Shown here piece by piece: positions 36,563-45,682 of a DNA stretch of 64,000 bases (position 1 is its first letter; each line of letters begins with the position of its first letter). The translations under genes and the position numbers were made by a program. The stretch is taken from contig JAGASS010000016.1 in the NCBI GenBank assembly GCA_017621655.1, positions 79,961-143,960 of the forward strand, read 5' to 3'. The notes below the pieces were generated by a model. The model saw only the letters and a program-made list of their open reading frames with translations. It was not told the DNA's origin and made no database searches. Source of the stretch: Clostridia bacterium (GTDB lineage: Bacteria; Bacillota; Clostridia; Oscillospirales; CAG-272).

Positions 36563-38262
36563 TGTTATCATCACTTCACATTGAAAATATCGCCGTCATA
36601 AAGCACGCCGATATTGATCTTGAAAGCGGCTTTCAGGTACTGACGGGTGAAACGGGCGCAGGTAAGAGTATTCTTATCGACTGTATAAATTTGCTTCTCG
36701 GTGCTCGTCCGAGTAAGGACTTGATCCGAAACGGCGAAACGAGAGCGACTGTATCGGGACTATTTACCGATATTGACGCGCCGCTTTCGCGCCTGCCTTC
36801 GGAGCTTGATATAACAGCGGACGAGGACGGATGTATAATGCTTACGCGCACTTTTGACCTTGACGGCAAGGCGCAAACGAAGCTGAACGGCAGAACTATC
36901 CCCGCGTCTCTCCAAAGGGAAATAATGCCGTACCTGATCAATATTCACGGTCAGAATGACAACAGAATACTAATGTCGCTCTCGGCTCAGCTTTCGTATC
37001 TTGACGGATATGCAGGTAACGATGAGCTGTTGAATGAATATTCGGCAGTTTACGATCAGCTCGAAAACTGCCGTAAGAAGATGCTTTCACTCAAGCGCGA
37101 CGAAAGAGAAAAGGCGCGAATGAGCGAGCTTCTTCGCTATCAGGTAAACGAAATTGACGAAGCGAAATTAAAGCTCGGCGAGGAAGAGGAGCTTGAGAAA
37201 AGACGCGAAAAGGTAAAGAACGCAGAAAAAATACTTAAGCAATCGCGTCTTATAACAAAAGCTCTTTACCGCGGAGAAAAAGCACTTCCCGCATATGAGC
37301 TTATAAAGAAGTCAGCATCCGCTCTTGAAAGCATTTCTGAATACGTGCCGAATGCGGAAGAGTATATAGAAAAGCTCAATAATATGACGTACGAGCTTGA
37401 AGAGATAGGTCTTACCGTTTCGGATATAGCAGAGGCGGATTACGACGATCCCGAAAGTGAGCTTGACGGTATAGAAACGCGTCTCGACCTTATTTCAAAG
37501 CTTGAAAAAAAGTACGGAATCGGTATTGAAGAGATTCTCTCCTTCCGTGATAAAGCGGCAAAGGAGCTTAAAGAGATCGAGCAGGCGGACGAGCTTCTTG
37601 ATGAGCTTAGAATTGAATATTCAAAGCACAAAAAGAAAGCGACCGATCTTGCTTCGCGTCTGACGGAGAACCGTCAGAGGGCGGCGACAACACTTGAAAA
37701 GATCGTTGTAGATGAGTTATCGTATCTTGAAATGCCGAAGGTGCGCTTCAAGGTAGAGATCAAGCCGTCACTCGACGAAAACGGCAAAACGAAGTTGATA
37801 AAGCAGGGCGCTGACACTATCGAATTCCTTTTATCTGCAAACCCGGGCGAGCCGCTTAAGCCGCTGTCGAAGATCGCGTCGGGCGGTGAGCTTTCAAGAA
37901 TAATGCTCGCGCTCAAGAATATAAACTCTTACGGAAGTGAGGGCGAAACGCTGATATTCGACGAGATAGATACGGGCGTATCTGGTAAGACCTCGCAGAA
38001 GATCGGAATACGGCTTCGCGCACTGTCCGAAAAGAATCAGGTAATATGCGTTACTCACTCGGCGCAGATAGCCGCAGAGGCACATGAGCATTATCTGATA
38101 AAGAAACAGGAAATTGACGGTAGGGTAGAAACCTCCGTAACTCCTCTTAACCGAGAGGGAAGAATAAACGAGCTTGCCCGTATAATGGGCGGCGTAAACA
38201 TCACAGATAAGCTTCTTCAGTCGGCGGCAGAAATGCTTGATACGGCAGGAAGCGACGCATAA
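36562..38262 (+). CDS. recN: DNA repair protein RecN
   Basis: TGETGAGKS, IHGQN, coiled coil, ASGGELSR, FDEIDTGVSG, CVTHSAQIA. Confidence 0.96.
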   Translation: MLSSLHIENIAVIKHADIDLESGFQVLTGETGAGKSILIDCINLLLGARPSKDLIRNGETRATVSGLFTDIDAPLSRLPSELDITADEDGCIMLTRTFDLDGKAQTKLNGRTIPASLQREIMPYLINIHGQNDNRILMSLSAQLSYLDGYAGNDELLNEYSAVYDQLENCRKKMLSLKRDEREKARMSELLRYQVNEIDEAKLKLGEEEELEKRREKVKNAEKILKQSRLITKALYRGEKALPAYELIKKSASALESISEYVPNAEEYIEKLNNMTYELEEIGLTVSDIAEADYDDPESELDGIETRLDLISKLEKKYGIGIEEILSFRDKAAKELKEIEQADELLDELRIEYSKHKKKATDLASRLTENRQRAATTLEKIVVDELSYLEMPKVRFKVEIKPSLDENGKTKLIKQGADTIEFLLSANPGEPLKPLSKIASGGELSRIMLALKNINSYGSEGETLIFDEIDTGVSGKTSQKIGIRLRALSEKNQVICVTHSAQIAAEAHEHYLIKKQEIDGRVETSVTPLNREGRINELARIMGGVNITDKLLQSAAEMLDTAGSDA

Positions 38263-38278
38263 GAAAGGAAAAAACATT

Positions 38279-39505
38279 ATGACACTTTACGACGAACTTA
38301 TTGCAAGAGGTCTTATCGCTCAGGTAACTAACGAGGATGAGATCAAGACTATGATTAACGAAGGCAAGGCGACCTTCTATATCGGATTTGACTGTACTGC
38401 TGACAGCTTGACAGCAGGTCACTTTATGGCGCTCACTCTTATGAAGCGTCTTCAGATGGCAGGCAATAAGCCGATAGCTCTTATCGGCGGCGGTACCACC
38501 ATGATCGGTGACCCCTCGGGAAGAACTGATATGAGAAAGATGCTTACCAAAGAGGACATCGACCATAACGCCGAATGCTTCAAGCGTCAGATGGAGAGAT
38601 TCATCGACTTCTCCGAGGGCAAGGCACAGATGATAAATAACGCTGACTGGCTGCTCAAGCTTAACTACGTTGAGCTTCTTCGCGAGGTCGGCGCGTGCTT
38701 CTCGGTTAATAATATGCTCAGAGCAAAGTGCTACGAGCAGAGAATGGAAAAGGGACTTTCCTTCCTTGAATTCAACTACATGATCATGCAGTCCTACGAC
38801 TTCTATTACCTCTTTAAGGAATACGGCTGTAATATGCAGTTCGGCGGTGACGACCAGTGGTCGAATATGCTTGGCGGTACCGAGCTTATCAGAAGAAAGC
38901 TCGGCAAGGACGCACACGCTATGACGATAACGCTGCTTACCGACTCCCAGGGCAAGAAGATGGGTAAGACCGCAGGTAACGCAGTTTGGCTCGACGCTAA
39001 GAAGACGAGTCCCTACGACTTCTTCCAGTACTGGCGTAACGTCGCTGATTCCGACGTTCTTAAGTGCATCAGAATGCTTACCTTCCTCCCGATCGAAGAG
39101 ATCAACGAGATGGACAAGTGGGAGGGCGCACAGCTCAATAAGGCAAAGGAGATCCTCGGCTACGAGCTTACTAAGATGGTTCACGGTGAAGAGGAAGCAA
39201 ATAAGGCACTTGAAGCATCAAGAGCAGTATTTGTAAACGGCGGTGTTTCTGCCGATATGCCTACGACCGAGCTTACTGCTGAAAACTTTGTTGACGGCTC
39301 TATTCTCGTTTCCGATCTCCTCGTTCTCGGCGGTCTTGCACCCTCAAAGGGCGAAGCAAAGCGTCTTATTCAGCAGGGCGGTATTCTCGTAAACGACGAA
39401 AAGGTAGTACAGTTCAACGCAAGCGTAGCGCTTGATGCCTTCGGTGACGGACTTATCGTTAAGAAGGGTAAAAAGGTATTCCACCGCTTCACCGTTAAGA
39501 ACTGA
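38279..39505 (+). CDS. tyrS: Tyrosine--tRNA ligase
   Basis: YIGFDCTADSLTAGH, IGDPSGR, QFGGDDQW, KMGKT, C-terminal S4 domain; GAAAGGA RBS. Confidence 0.96.
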   Translation: MTLYDELIARGLIAQVTNEDEIKTMINEGKATFYIGFDCTADSLTAGHFMALTLMKRLQMAGNKPIALIGGGTTMIGDPSGRTDMRKMLTKEDIDHNAECFKRQMERFIDFSEGKAQMINNADWLLKLNYVELLREVGACFSVNNMLRAKCYEQRMEKGLSFLEFNYMIMQSYDFYYLFKEYGCNMQFGGDDQWSNMLGGTELIRRKLGKDAHAMTITLLTDSQGKKMGKTAGNAVWLDAKKTSPYDFFQYWRNVADSDVLKCIRMLTFLPIEEINEMDKWEGAQLNKAKEILGYELTKMVHGEEEANKALEASRAVFVNGGVSADMPTTELTAENFVDGSILVSDLLVLGGLAPSKGEAKRLIQQGGILVNDEKVVQFNASVALDAFGDGLIVKKGKKVFHRFTVKN

Positions 39506-39560
39506 TAACACATTACGGCATATTTCATATAATATGTAAAAAACGAAAGGAGCAGATAAT

Positions 39561-40496
39561 ATGCTCTCAAACTCAAGTATTCTTGAGCAATATATCGAGG
39601 AAGCCGAAAGAGAGGGGCGTCTGACGTTCAGACGCGATTTTCCTCTCTCCTCGCTCTCGTCATTCCGCATAGGCGGCAACGCGTCTTACGTGATATATCC
39701 GTCGACGCCCGACGAGCTTGCGTCGCTTTCGGCTCTTTGCCACAGTATAAGTATCCCGAATATCGTTATCGGTAACGGCTCAAATCTTCTCTTTTCCGAC
39801 AGCGGATACGAGGGCGCTGTTATCGTTACGACGCAGATAAAGGATATAAAGATCGACGGAAATACCGTTAAGGTCGGATGCGGAGCTTCGCTTACTCATC
39901 TTGCTTCGGTAGTAGCAGAAGCTTCGCTTACAGGACTTGAATTCGCATATGGTATACCCGGTACAGTCGGCGGTGCGGTCTATATGAACGCAGGCGCTTA
40001 CGGCGGAGAGATCAAGGACGTTTGCGTTTCCGTCAAGGTATACGACGGCGTAAACGACGAGATATACGATATTAAGGCAGAGGACTGCTGCTTCGGCTAC
40101 CGTGAAAGCGTTTTCCAGGATAGCGATAAGATAATTCTCGGAGCAAAGCTCGCTTTGAACGAGGGCGTGAATGCTGAAATTACCGAGAAAATGAACGGTC
40201 TTATGCAGCAGCGTATCGACAAGCAGCCGCTAAACTATCCCTCGGCTGGCAGTACATTTAAGCGTTACCCCGGATATTTCTCGGGCAAGCTTATAGAGGA
40301 AGCAGGTCTTAAGGGCTATACAATCGGCGGCGCGCAGGTGTCGGAAAAGCACGCGGGATTCGTTATCAACGTTGGTAACGCAACCGCGTCTGACGTTCTT
40401 GCGCTTATCGACCATATTCGTGAAGTAATTAAGGAAAACGTCGGAATCGAGCTTCAGACCGAAGTAAAATATATAGAGAATCCGGCAGATAAATAA
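39561..40496 (+). CDS. murB: UDP-N-acetylenolpyruvoylglucosamine reductase
   Basis: IGNGSNLL, GIPGTVGGAVYMNAGAYG, FGYRES, PSAGSTFK, SEKHAGF. Confidence 0.96.
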   Translation: MLSNSSILEQYIEEAEREGRLTFRRDFPLSSLSSFRIGGNASYVIYPSTPDELASLSALCHSISIPNIVIGNGSNLLFSDSGYEGAVIVTTQIKDIKIDGNTVKVGCGASLTHLASVVAEASLTGLEFAYGIPGTVGGAVYMNAGAYGGEIKDVCVSVKVYDGVNDEIYDIKAEDCCFGYRESVFQDSDKIILGAKLALNEGVNAEITEKMNGLMQQRIDKQPLNYPSAGSTFKRYPGYFSGKLIEEAGLKGYTIGGAQVSEKHAGFVINVGNATASDVLALIDHIREVIKENVGIELQTEVKYIENPADK

Positions 40497-40497
40497 T

Positions 40498-41373
40498 ATG
40501 TACGAGTCATTTTCACAATATGTCAAAAACGAAATAGCATCCTCGCACATAAAGAATAAGTGCTGTAAAAAGGCGTTTTTGCGCGGAATGATATTCGGCA
40601 CGAACGCTCCTGACGGTAGTGCGCTTTATCTTGAAAGCGAAAATCCGTCGGTTGTAATGCACTACGCGAAGCTTATTAAGGAGATAACGGGGCGGCGCAA
40701 GGAAAGCGATATTTCGTTTACCGCGATAACAGACCCAGACCGCTTAAAAGAGCTTTGCGAGCTACTCGAAATTTCATCCGTCGTTGACACGCAAACAGAG
40801 ATAAACGGCTGTGAGGAATGTGTCAGAGCGTTTGTCAGGGGCGCGTTTCTCACCTGCGGAACGGTTACTTATCCCGAGAACTCATATCACATGGAGTTTC
40901 TCGTCCGCGGTAACGAGAGGGCAGAAATGCTGATGTCGCTTCTTGACGGAATCGGTACGAATCCGAAGCTGATCGAACGCAGAAGCGGTTTTTACGGCGT
41001 TTATTTCAAGGACAGCGAAAGCGTGCTTGATATGTTTGGTATTTTGGGAGCTAATAAGGCGACCTTCAAAATGCTTGACGTAAAAATGTACAAGGATTTC
41101 AGAAACAATATAAACCGCCTCAATAACTGCGAAATGGCTAATATGGGAAAAACGGCGGCGGCATTTGAAGCACAAATGCGAGCGATAGAAAAGATCGTTT
41201 CGGCAGGAAAGCTGGACGAGCTTCCCGACGAATTAAAGATAACTCTCGATCTTCGCGCGGCATTCCCGAGCGCGACCTTAAAGGAGCTTGCCGAAATGCA
41301 TACTCCGCCGATAACTAAGTCGGGTGTAAACCACAGATTACAGAAAATTCAGCTTTTTGCTGAAAAATTATAA
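40498..41373 (+). CDS. whiA: DNA-binding protein WhiA
   Basis: SFSQYVKNEI, RAFVRGAFL..G, NRLNNCEMAN, TKSGVNHRL. Confidence 0.93.
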   Translation: MYESFSQYVKNEIASSHIKNKCCKKAFLRGMIFGTNAPDGSALYLESENPSVVMHYAKLIKEITGRRKESDISFTAITDPDRLKELCELLEISSVVDTQTEINGCEECVRAFVRGAFLTCGTVTYPENSYHMEFLVRGNERAEMLMSLLDGIGTNPKLIERRSGFYGVYFKDSESVLDMFGILGANKATFKMLDVKMYKDFRNNINRLNNCEMANMGKTAAAFEAQMRAIEKIVSAGKLDELPDELKITLDLRAAFPSATLKELAEMHTPPITKSGVNHRLQKIQLFAEKL

Positions 41374-41383
41374 GGAGACCGTT

Positions 41384-42112
41384 ATGAAATATACTTATGG
41401 GATTCAGCTTTACAGTGTTCGCGACATTACGGAGAAGAATCTCTCCGAAGCGCTTGAGCAAGTTGCCTCTCTCGGCTACAAGGAGGTCGAGTTTGCGGGC
41501 TTCTTCGGTCACACGGCAGAAGAAGTAAAGAAAATGCTTGATAAAAACTGTCTTACCGTTTCGGGTACTCATTCGAGTTGGGATGAGCTTACCCCCGATA
41601 GGATCGAGGAAACAGTAAAATATCATAAAGCTATCGGAAACCGTAACTTTATCGTTCCGGGCGCCGATCTTACTACACTCGAGAAGATCGAAAAATTCTG
41701 CGAGGTAATGAACTTCGCTCAGCCGATATTGAATAAAGAGGGAATTACGCTTTCCTATCATAATCATTCACATGAGTTTGAAGTTTGCTCATGGGGCTCA
41801 ACGATCCATTCCGAGCTTGAAAAGAGAACGAATATTGATTTTGAGATAGATACCTATTGGGCGTTCAACGCAGGATGCGACCCGATTCAGGTCATGGAGC
41901 GCTTGAAGGACAGGATCAAGGTTATTCACCTTAAGGACGGCTTCAAGGGCGGAGTCGGAAAGACTCTCGGCAAGGGCGAAGCACCCATTAAAGAGGTCCG
42001 CGATTATGCCTATGAGCACGGCTTCGGCATCGTAGTTGAGAGCGAAACTCTCACTCCAGACGGAATTACCGAGGCAAAGGAATGTATCGAATTCCTTAAA
42101 ACTATAGACTGA
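41384..42112 (+). CDS. Sugar phosphate isomerase/epimerase (TIM barrel)
   Basis: GIQLYSVR, EVEFAG, YHNHSHEF, EIDTYW, HLKD; AAGGAG RBS. Confidence 0.88.
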   Translation: MKYTYGIQLYSVRDITEKNLSEALEQVASLGYKEVEFAGFFGHTAEEVKKMLDKNCLTVSGTHSSWDELTPDRIEETVKYHKAIGNRNFIVPGADLTTLEKIEKFCEVMNFAQPILNKEGITLSYHNHSHEFEVCSWGSTIHSELEKRTNIDFEIDTYWAFNAGCDPIQVMERLKDRIKVIHLKDGFKGGVGKTLGKGEAPIKEVRDYAYEHGFGIVVESETLTPDGITEAKECIEFLKTID

Positions 42113-42147
42113 TTATTTTGAAAATTCACTGAAAGGAGGATAAGGCG

Positions 42148-45100
42148 ATGTCCGATTTCGTGCATCTGCATCTGCATACCGAATACAGCCTGCTTGATGG
42201 CGCTTGTCGCTTGAGCGAGATACCGAAGCGAGCAAAAGAGCTTGGGCAAAGTGCGGTTGCTATAACCGACCACGGCGTGATGTACGGAGTCGTCGGATTT
42301 TATAACGCTTGTAAGGACGCAGGTATCAAGCCGATCATCGGCTGTGAGGTCTACGTTGCGTCAAAATCGCGCTTCGATAAAACGGGAAGCGGCGAAAACG
42401 AGCCGAATCACCTTGTTCTTCTTGTTAAAAATGAAGTTGGATATAAGAATCTGACTTATATGGTCTCCTGCGCTCATACGGAGGGCTTCTACCGTAAGCC
42501 GAGGATCGACCTTGATCTGCTTTCCGAGCACGCAGAGGGACTTGTCTGCCTCTCTGCCTGCCTTAGCGGTATGATCCCGCGCCTTGTTATGTCAGGTAAC
42601 GTGAGCGAAGCGGAGGAATACGCGAAAAAGCTAGATAGCATCTTCGGCAGAGGCAACTTCTACCTTGAGCTTCAGGACGAGGGCATCGAGGGGCAGAGAA
42701 TTGTAAACGAGTGCATCGCGGGAATTTCAGAACGAACGGGAATTCCGCTTGTAGCTACGAACGACGTCCATTATCTGCGTAAGGAAGACGCATTTACGCA
42801 ATCGGTAATGATGTGTATTCAGACGAATAACGTCATCTCAGACGGCAGACCCATCGGCTTTGAGACTGATGAGTTTTATATGAAAAGCGGAGACGAAATG
42901 ACGAAGCTTCTCGGCAGATACGACGGTGCTGTCGAAAACACCGCTAAGATCGCAGAGATGTGTAACTACGATTTCGTTTTCGGAAAGACGTTTCTTCCGC
43001 GCTTTGATCCGCCCGACGGTATGAACGCGAAGGAATATCTGCGTCAGCTTGCCTACGAGGGGCTTGAGCGCCGTGAAAGGGACGGCAGTATAGTTTACGG
43101 CGAAGGGCTCAAACGCGAGGATTATAAGCTTCGTATCGACTACGAGCACGTCGTAGTTACCTCAATGGGCTACGCGTCCTATTACCTCATAGTTTCCGAT
43201 TTCGTAAACTATGCAAAATCAAAAATGATACCTACTGGCCCCGGACGAGGATCGGGCGCAGGAAGCTTGATAGCTTATCTGCTCGGAATAACCGAGGTCG
43301 ATCCCGTCAGATACGGACTGCTCTTTGAGTCTTTTCTCAATCCTCAAAGAGTCAGTATGCCCGACTTTGATATAGACTTTTGTTACCGCCGACGCGACGA
43401 GGTCATCGACTACGTTGCTCGCCGCTACGGTGCCGACCACGTCTCGCAGATAGTGACCTTCGGTACGCTTGCGGCAAAAGCGGCTCTCCGTGACGTCGGA
43501 CGCGCGCTCGGTATGGCATATTCAAAGGTCGACAGCGTAGTGCGCGCGCTTCCCGAGCATAAGGGCGGCGTGTCGCTTACCGAGGCGGTAAACGATAAAT
43601 CGTTCCGCGCGCTATGCGACGGTGACGATGAGATAAGAGAGCTTGTACGCATTGCAACGGCGCTTGAGGGCATGCCTAGAAATTCCTCTACTCACGCGGC
43701 AGGCGTCGTAATTACCGACAAGCCGGTTCACGAGTACGTTCCGTTATCGGTAAACGGCGATACCGTCGTTACGCAGTTTGATATGGATACCGTAGCGAAG
43801 CTTGGACTTCTTAAGTTCGACTTTCTTGCGCTTCGTTATCTTACCGTTATCGATGATACCGAAAAGCTCGTCAGAGTAGAAAAGGATTCATTCCGCGTCT
43901 CCGAAATACCTTTTGATGACGAGGCGACCTACGAGCTTATATCGACGGGTAGAACAGACGGACTTTTTCAGCTTGAGAGCGAGGGAATGCGTCAGCTTCT
44001 TATACAGATGAAGCCGAGAAGCATAACCGATATAATGGTCGCCATCGCCCTTTACAGACCCGGACCGATGGACGCGATACCGAGATTCCTCGAAAATCGT
44101 GCTGACAGAAGCAAGATTAAGTACAAGATACCGTGTCTCAGTGAAATTCTTGACGAGACCTGCGGATGTATCGTTTATCAGGAGCAGGTAATGCAGATAT
44201 TCCGTTCGGTTGCGGGATACAGCTACGGCAAGGCAGATATAGTCCGTCGAGCGATCGCAAAGAAAAAGCCGGGCGTTATCGAAAAAGAGCTTGATAATTT
44301 TATCAAGGGCGCGCTTGAGCAGGGTTATTCCGAAGAAGATGCTCGCGAGCTTTACGGTCAGATGACTGATTTCGCGAATTACGGCTTCAAAAAGAGCCAC
44401 GCGGCAGCGTATGCCTTCATTTCTTATCAGAGCGCATATCTCAAGACCCATTACGCGCCGATGTATTACGCATCGCTGATCTCGTCGGTATTCGGCAATC
44501 AGGCGAAGATGGGCGAATATATAACGGAATGCGCGAAAATGGGAATAAAGACGCTCCCGCCCGATATTAACGAAAGCGGAACGGGCTTCTCCGTCAGCGG
44601 AGGTAATATCCGTTACGGACTTCCCGCGATAAAGAACGTCGGTGCGCAGTTCATTCAGCGAGTCGTTGATGAAAGGCGGCTAAGACCGTTTAAGTCCTTT
44701 TATGATTTTGCTTCCCGTATGCAGGGAAGCGACCTCAATAAGCGTCAGATAGAGTCGCTTATTAAGGCGGGAGCATTTGATAGCTTGGGCGTATACAGAA
44801 GCCGACTGCTATCTGCGTATTCCGAGATAATCGAATCACTTAACCGCAAGGCACACGGAAGTGTTGCCGGTCAGTTAGATATGTTCTCGTCCGATACTGT
44901 TGAGGTAAGGTATCCCGATATTCCGGAGTTTACACTTCGTGAAAAGCTTCGCTTTGAAAAGGAAAGCGCGGGAATGTATTTCTCGGGACATATTCTCGAC
45001 GATTACGGAAAGAACATTTCCGATATACCGCATGCAGATATCCGCACCGTCCTTGAGCATGAATATAAGGAAAAGCAAACTGTTACCGTCGTTGGCGCAA

Positions 45101-45594
45101 TCACATCGGTTACTAAAAAGGTAACGAAAAACGGTGATCTCATGCTGTTTATATCTCTTGAAGACAGAAGCGGCGAGATCGAGGTCCTTGTTTTCCCAAA
45201 AACAGTTACGGAATTCGGACAGATTCTCACTCTTGATAACGCGATCGCGATTGAAGGCGAGGTCTCATATAAGGACGACGAAGTAAAGCTCCTAATGAGA
45301 CGAGCAAAGCCGCTTGTAAGCGACGATAAGTACGTTGGAACACCAAAGGAAGAGCCGATCAAAATGCAAGAGGACAAGCCGAAAAAGCTATATTTGAAGG
45401 TCGATAGCATGTCCTCGCCACTCTTCAAAAGAGCGATTGCCTTTTGTGAGATATTCGAAGGGAAAACGCCTGTCGTTATCTATGAAAGCGAGAGCAAGCG
45501 ATACGTTTCTTCATCAATAATGACAGCTACGACCGATTTCGTTATCAACGAATTGATCGAAATTCTCGGTGCGGGCAGTGTTGTTATAAAATAG
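42148..45594 (+). CDS. dnaE: DNA polymerase III subunit alpha (DnaE)
   Basis: HLHLHTEYSLLDG PHP domain, GRGSGAGS, MPDFDIDF, LKFDFL, YGFKKSHA, OB fold. Confidence 0.97.
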   Translation: MSDFVHLHLHTEYSLLDGACRLSEIPKRAKELGQSAVAITDHGVMYGVVGFYNACKDAGIKPIIGCEVYVASKSRFDKTGSGENEPNHLVLLVKNEVGYKNLTYMVSCAHTEGFYRKPRIDLDLLSEHAEGLVCLSACLSGMIPRLVMSGNVSEAEEYAKKLDSIFGRGNFYLELQDEGIEGQRIVNECIAGISERTGIPLVATNDVHYLRKEDAFTQSVMMCIQTNNVISDGRPIGFETDEFYMKSGDEMTKLLGRYDGAVENTAKIAEMCNYDFVFGKTFLPRFDPPDGMNAKEYLRQLAYEGLERRERDGSIVYGEGLKREDYKLRIDYEHVVVTSMGYASYYLIVSDFVNYAKSKMIPTGPGRGSGAGSLIAYLLGITEVDPVRYGLLFESFLNPQRVSMPDFDIDFCYRRRDEVIDYVARRYGADHVSQIVTFGTLAAKAALRDVGRALGMAYSKVDSVVRALPEHKGGVSLTEAVNDKSFRALCDGDDEIRELVRIATALEGMPRNSSTHAAGVVITDKPVHEYVPLSVNGDTVVTQFDMDTVAKLGLLKFDFLALRYLTVIDDTEKLVRVEKDSFRVSEIPFDDEATYELISTGRTDGLFQLESEGMRQLLIQMKPRSITDIMVAIALYRPGPMDAIPRFLENRADRSKIKYKIPCLSEILDETCGCIVYQEQVMQIFRSVAGYSYGKADIVRRAIAKKKPGVIEKELDNFIKGALEQGYSEEDARELYGQMTDFANYGFKKSHAAAYAFISYQSAYLKTHYAPMYYASLISSVFGNQAKMGEYITECAKMGIKTLPPDINESGTGFSVSGGNIRYGLPAIKNVGAQFIQRVVDERRLRPFKSFYDFASRMQGSDLNKRQIESLIKAGAFDSLGVYRSRLLSAYSEIIESLNRKAHGSVAGQLDMFSSDTVEVRYPDIPEFTLREKLRFEKESAGMYFSGHILDDYGKNISDIPHADIRTVLEHEYKEKQTVTVVGAITSVTKKVTKNGDLMLFISLEDRSGEIEVLVFPKTVTEFGQILTLDNAIAIEGEVSYKDDEVKLLMRRAKPLVSDDKYVGTPKEEPIKMQEDKPKKLYLKVDSMSSPLFKRAIAFCEIFEGKTPVVIYESESKRYVSSSIMTATTDFVINELIEILGAGSVVIK

Positions 45595-45682
45595 CTTTAT
45601 GAATTTTTATATAATTCATACTGTGTTCAAATGTTGGGTTTAATATAAGAGTAGTAGTTTTGAAAGGAACAAGCTTCATACT

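Noticed and set aside
38395-38425. TyrS HIGH motif reads TAGH
   Set aside because: I recognise this as a recurring variant in clostridial TyrS and all other motifs are intact; not evidence of inactivation.
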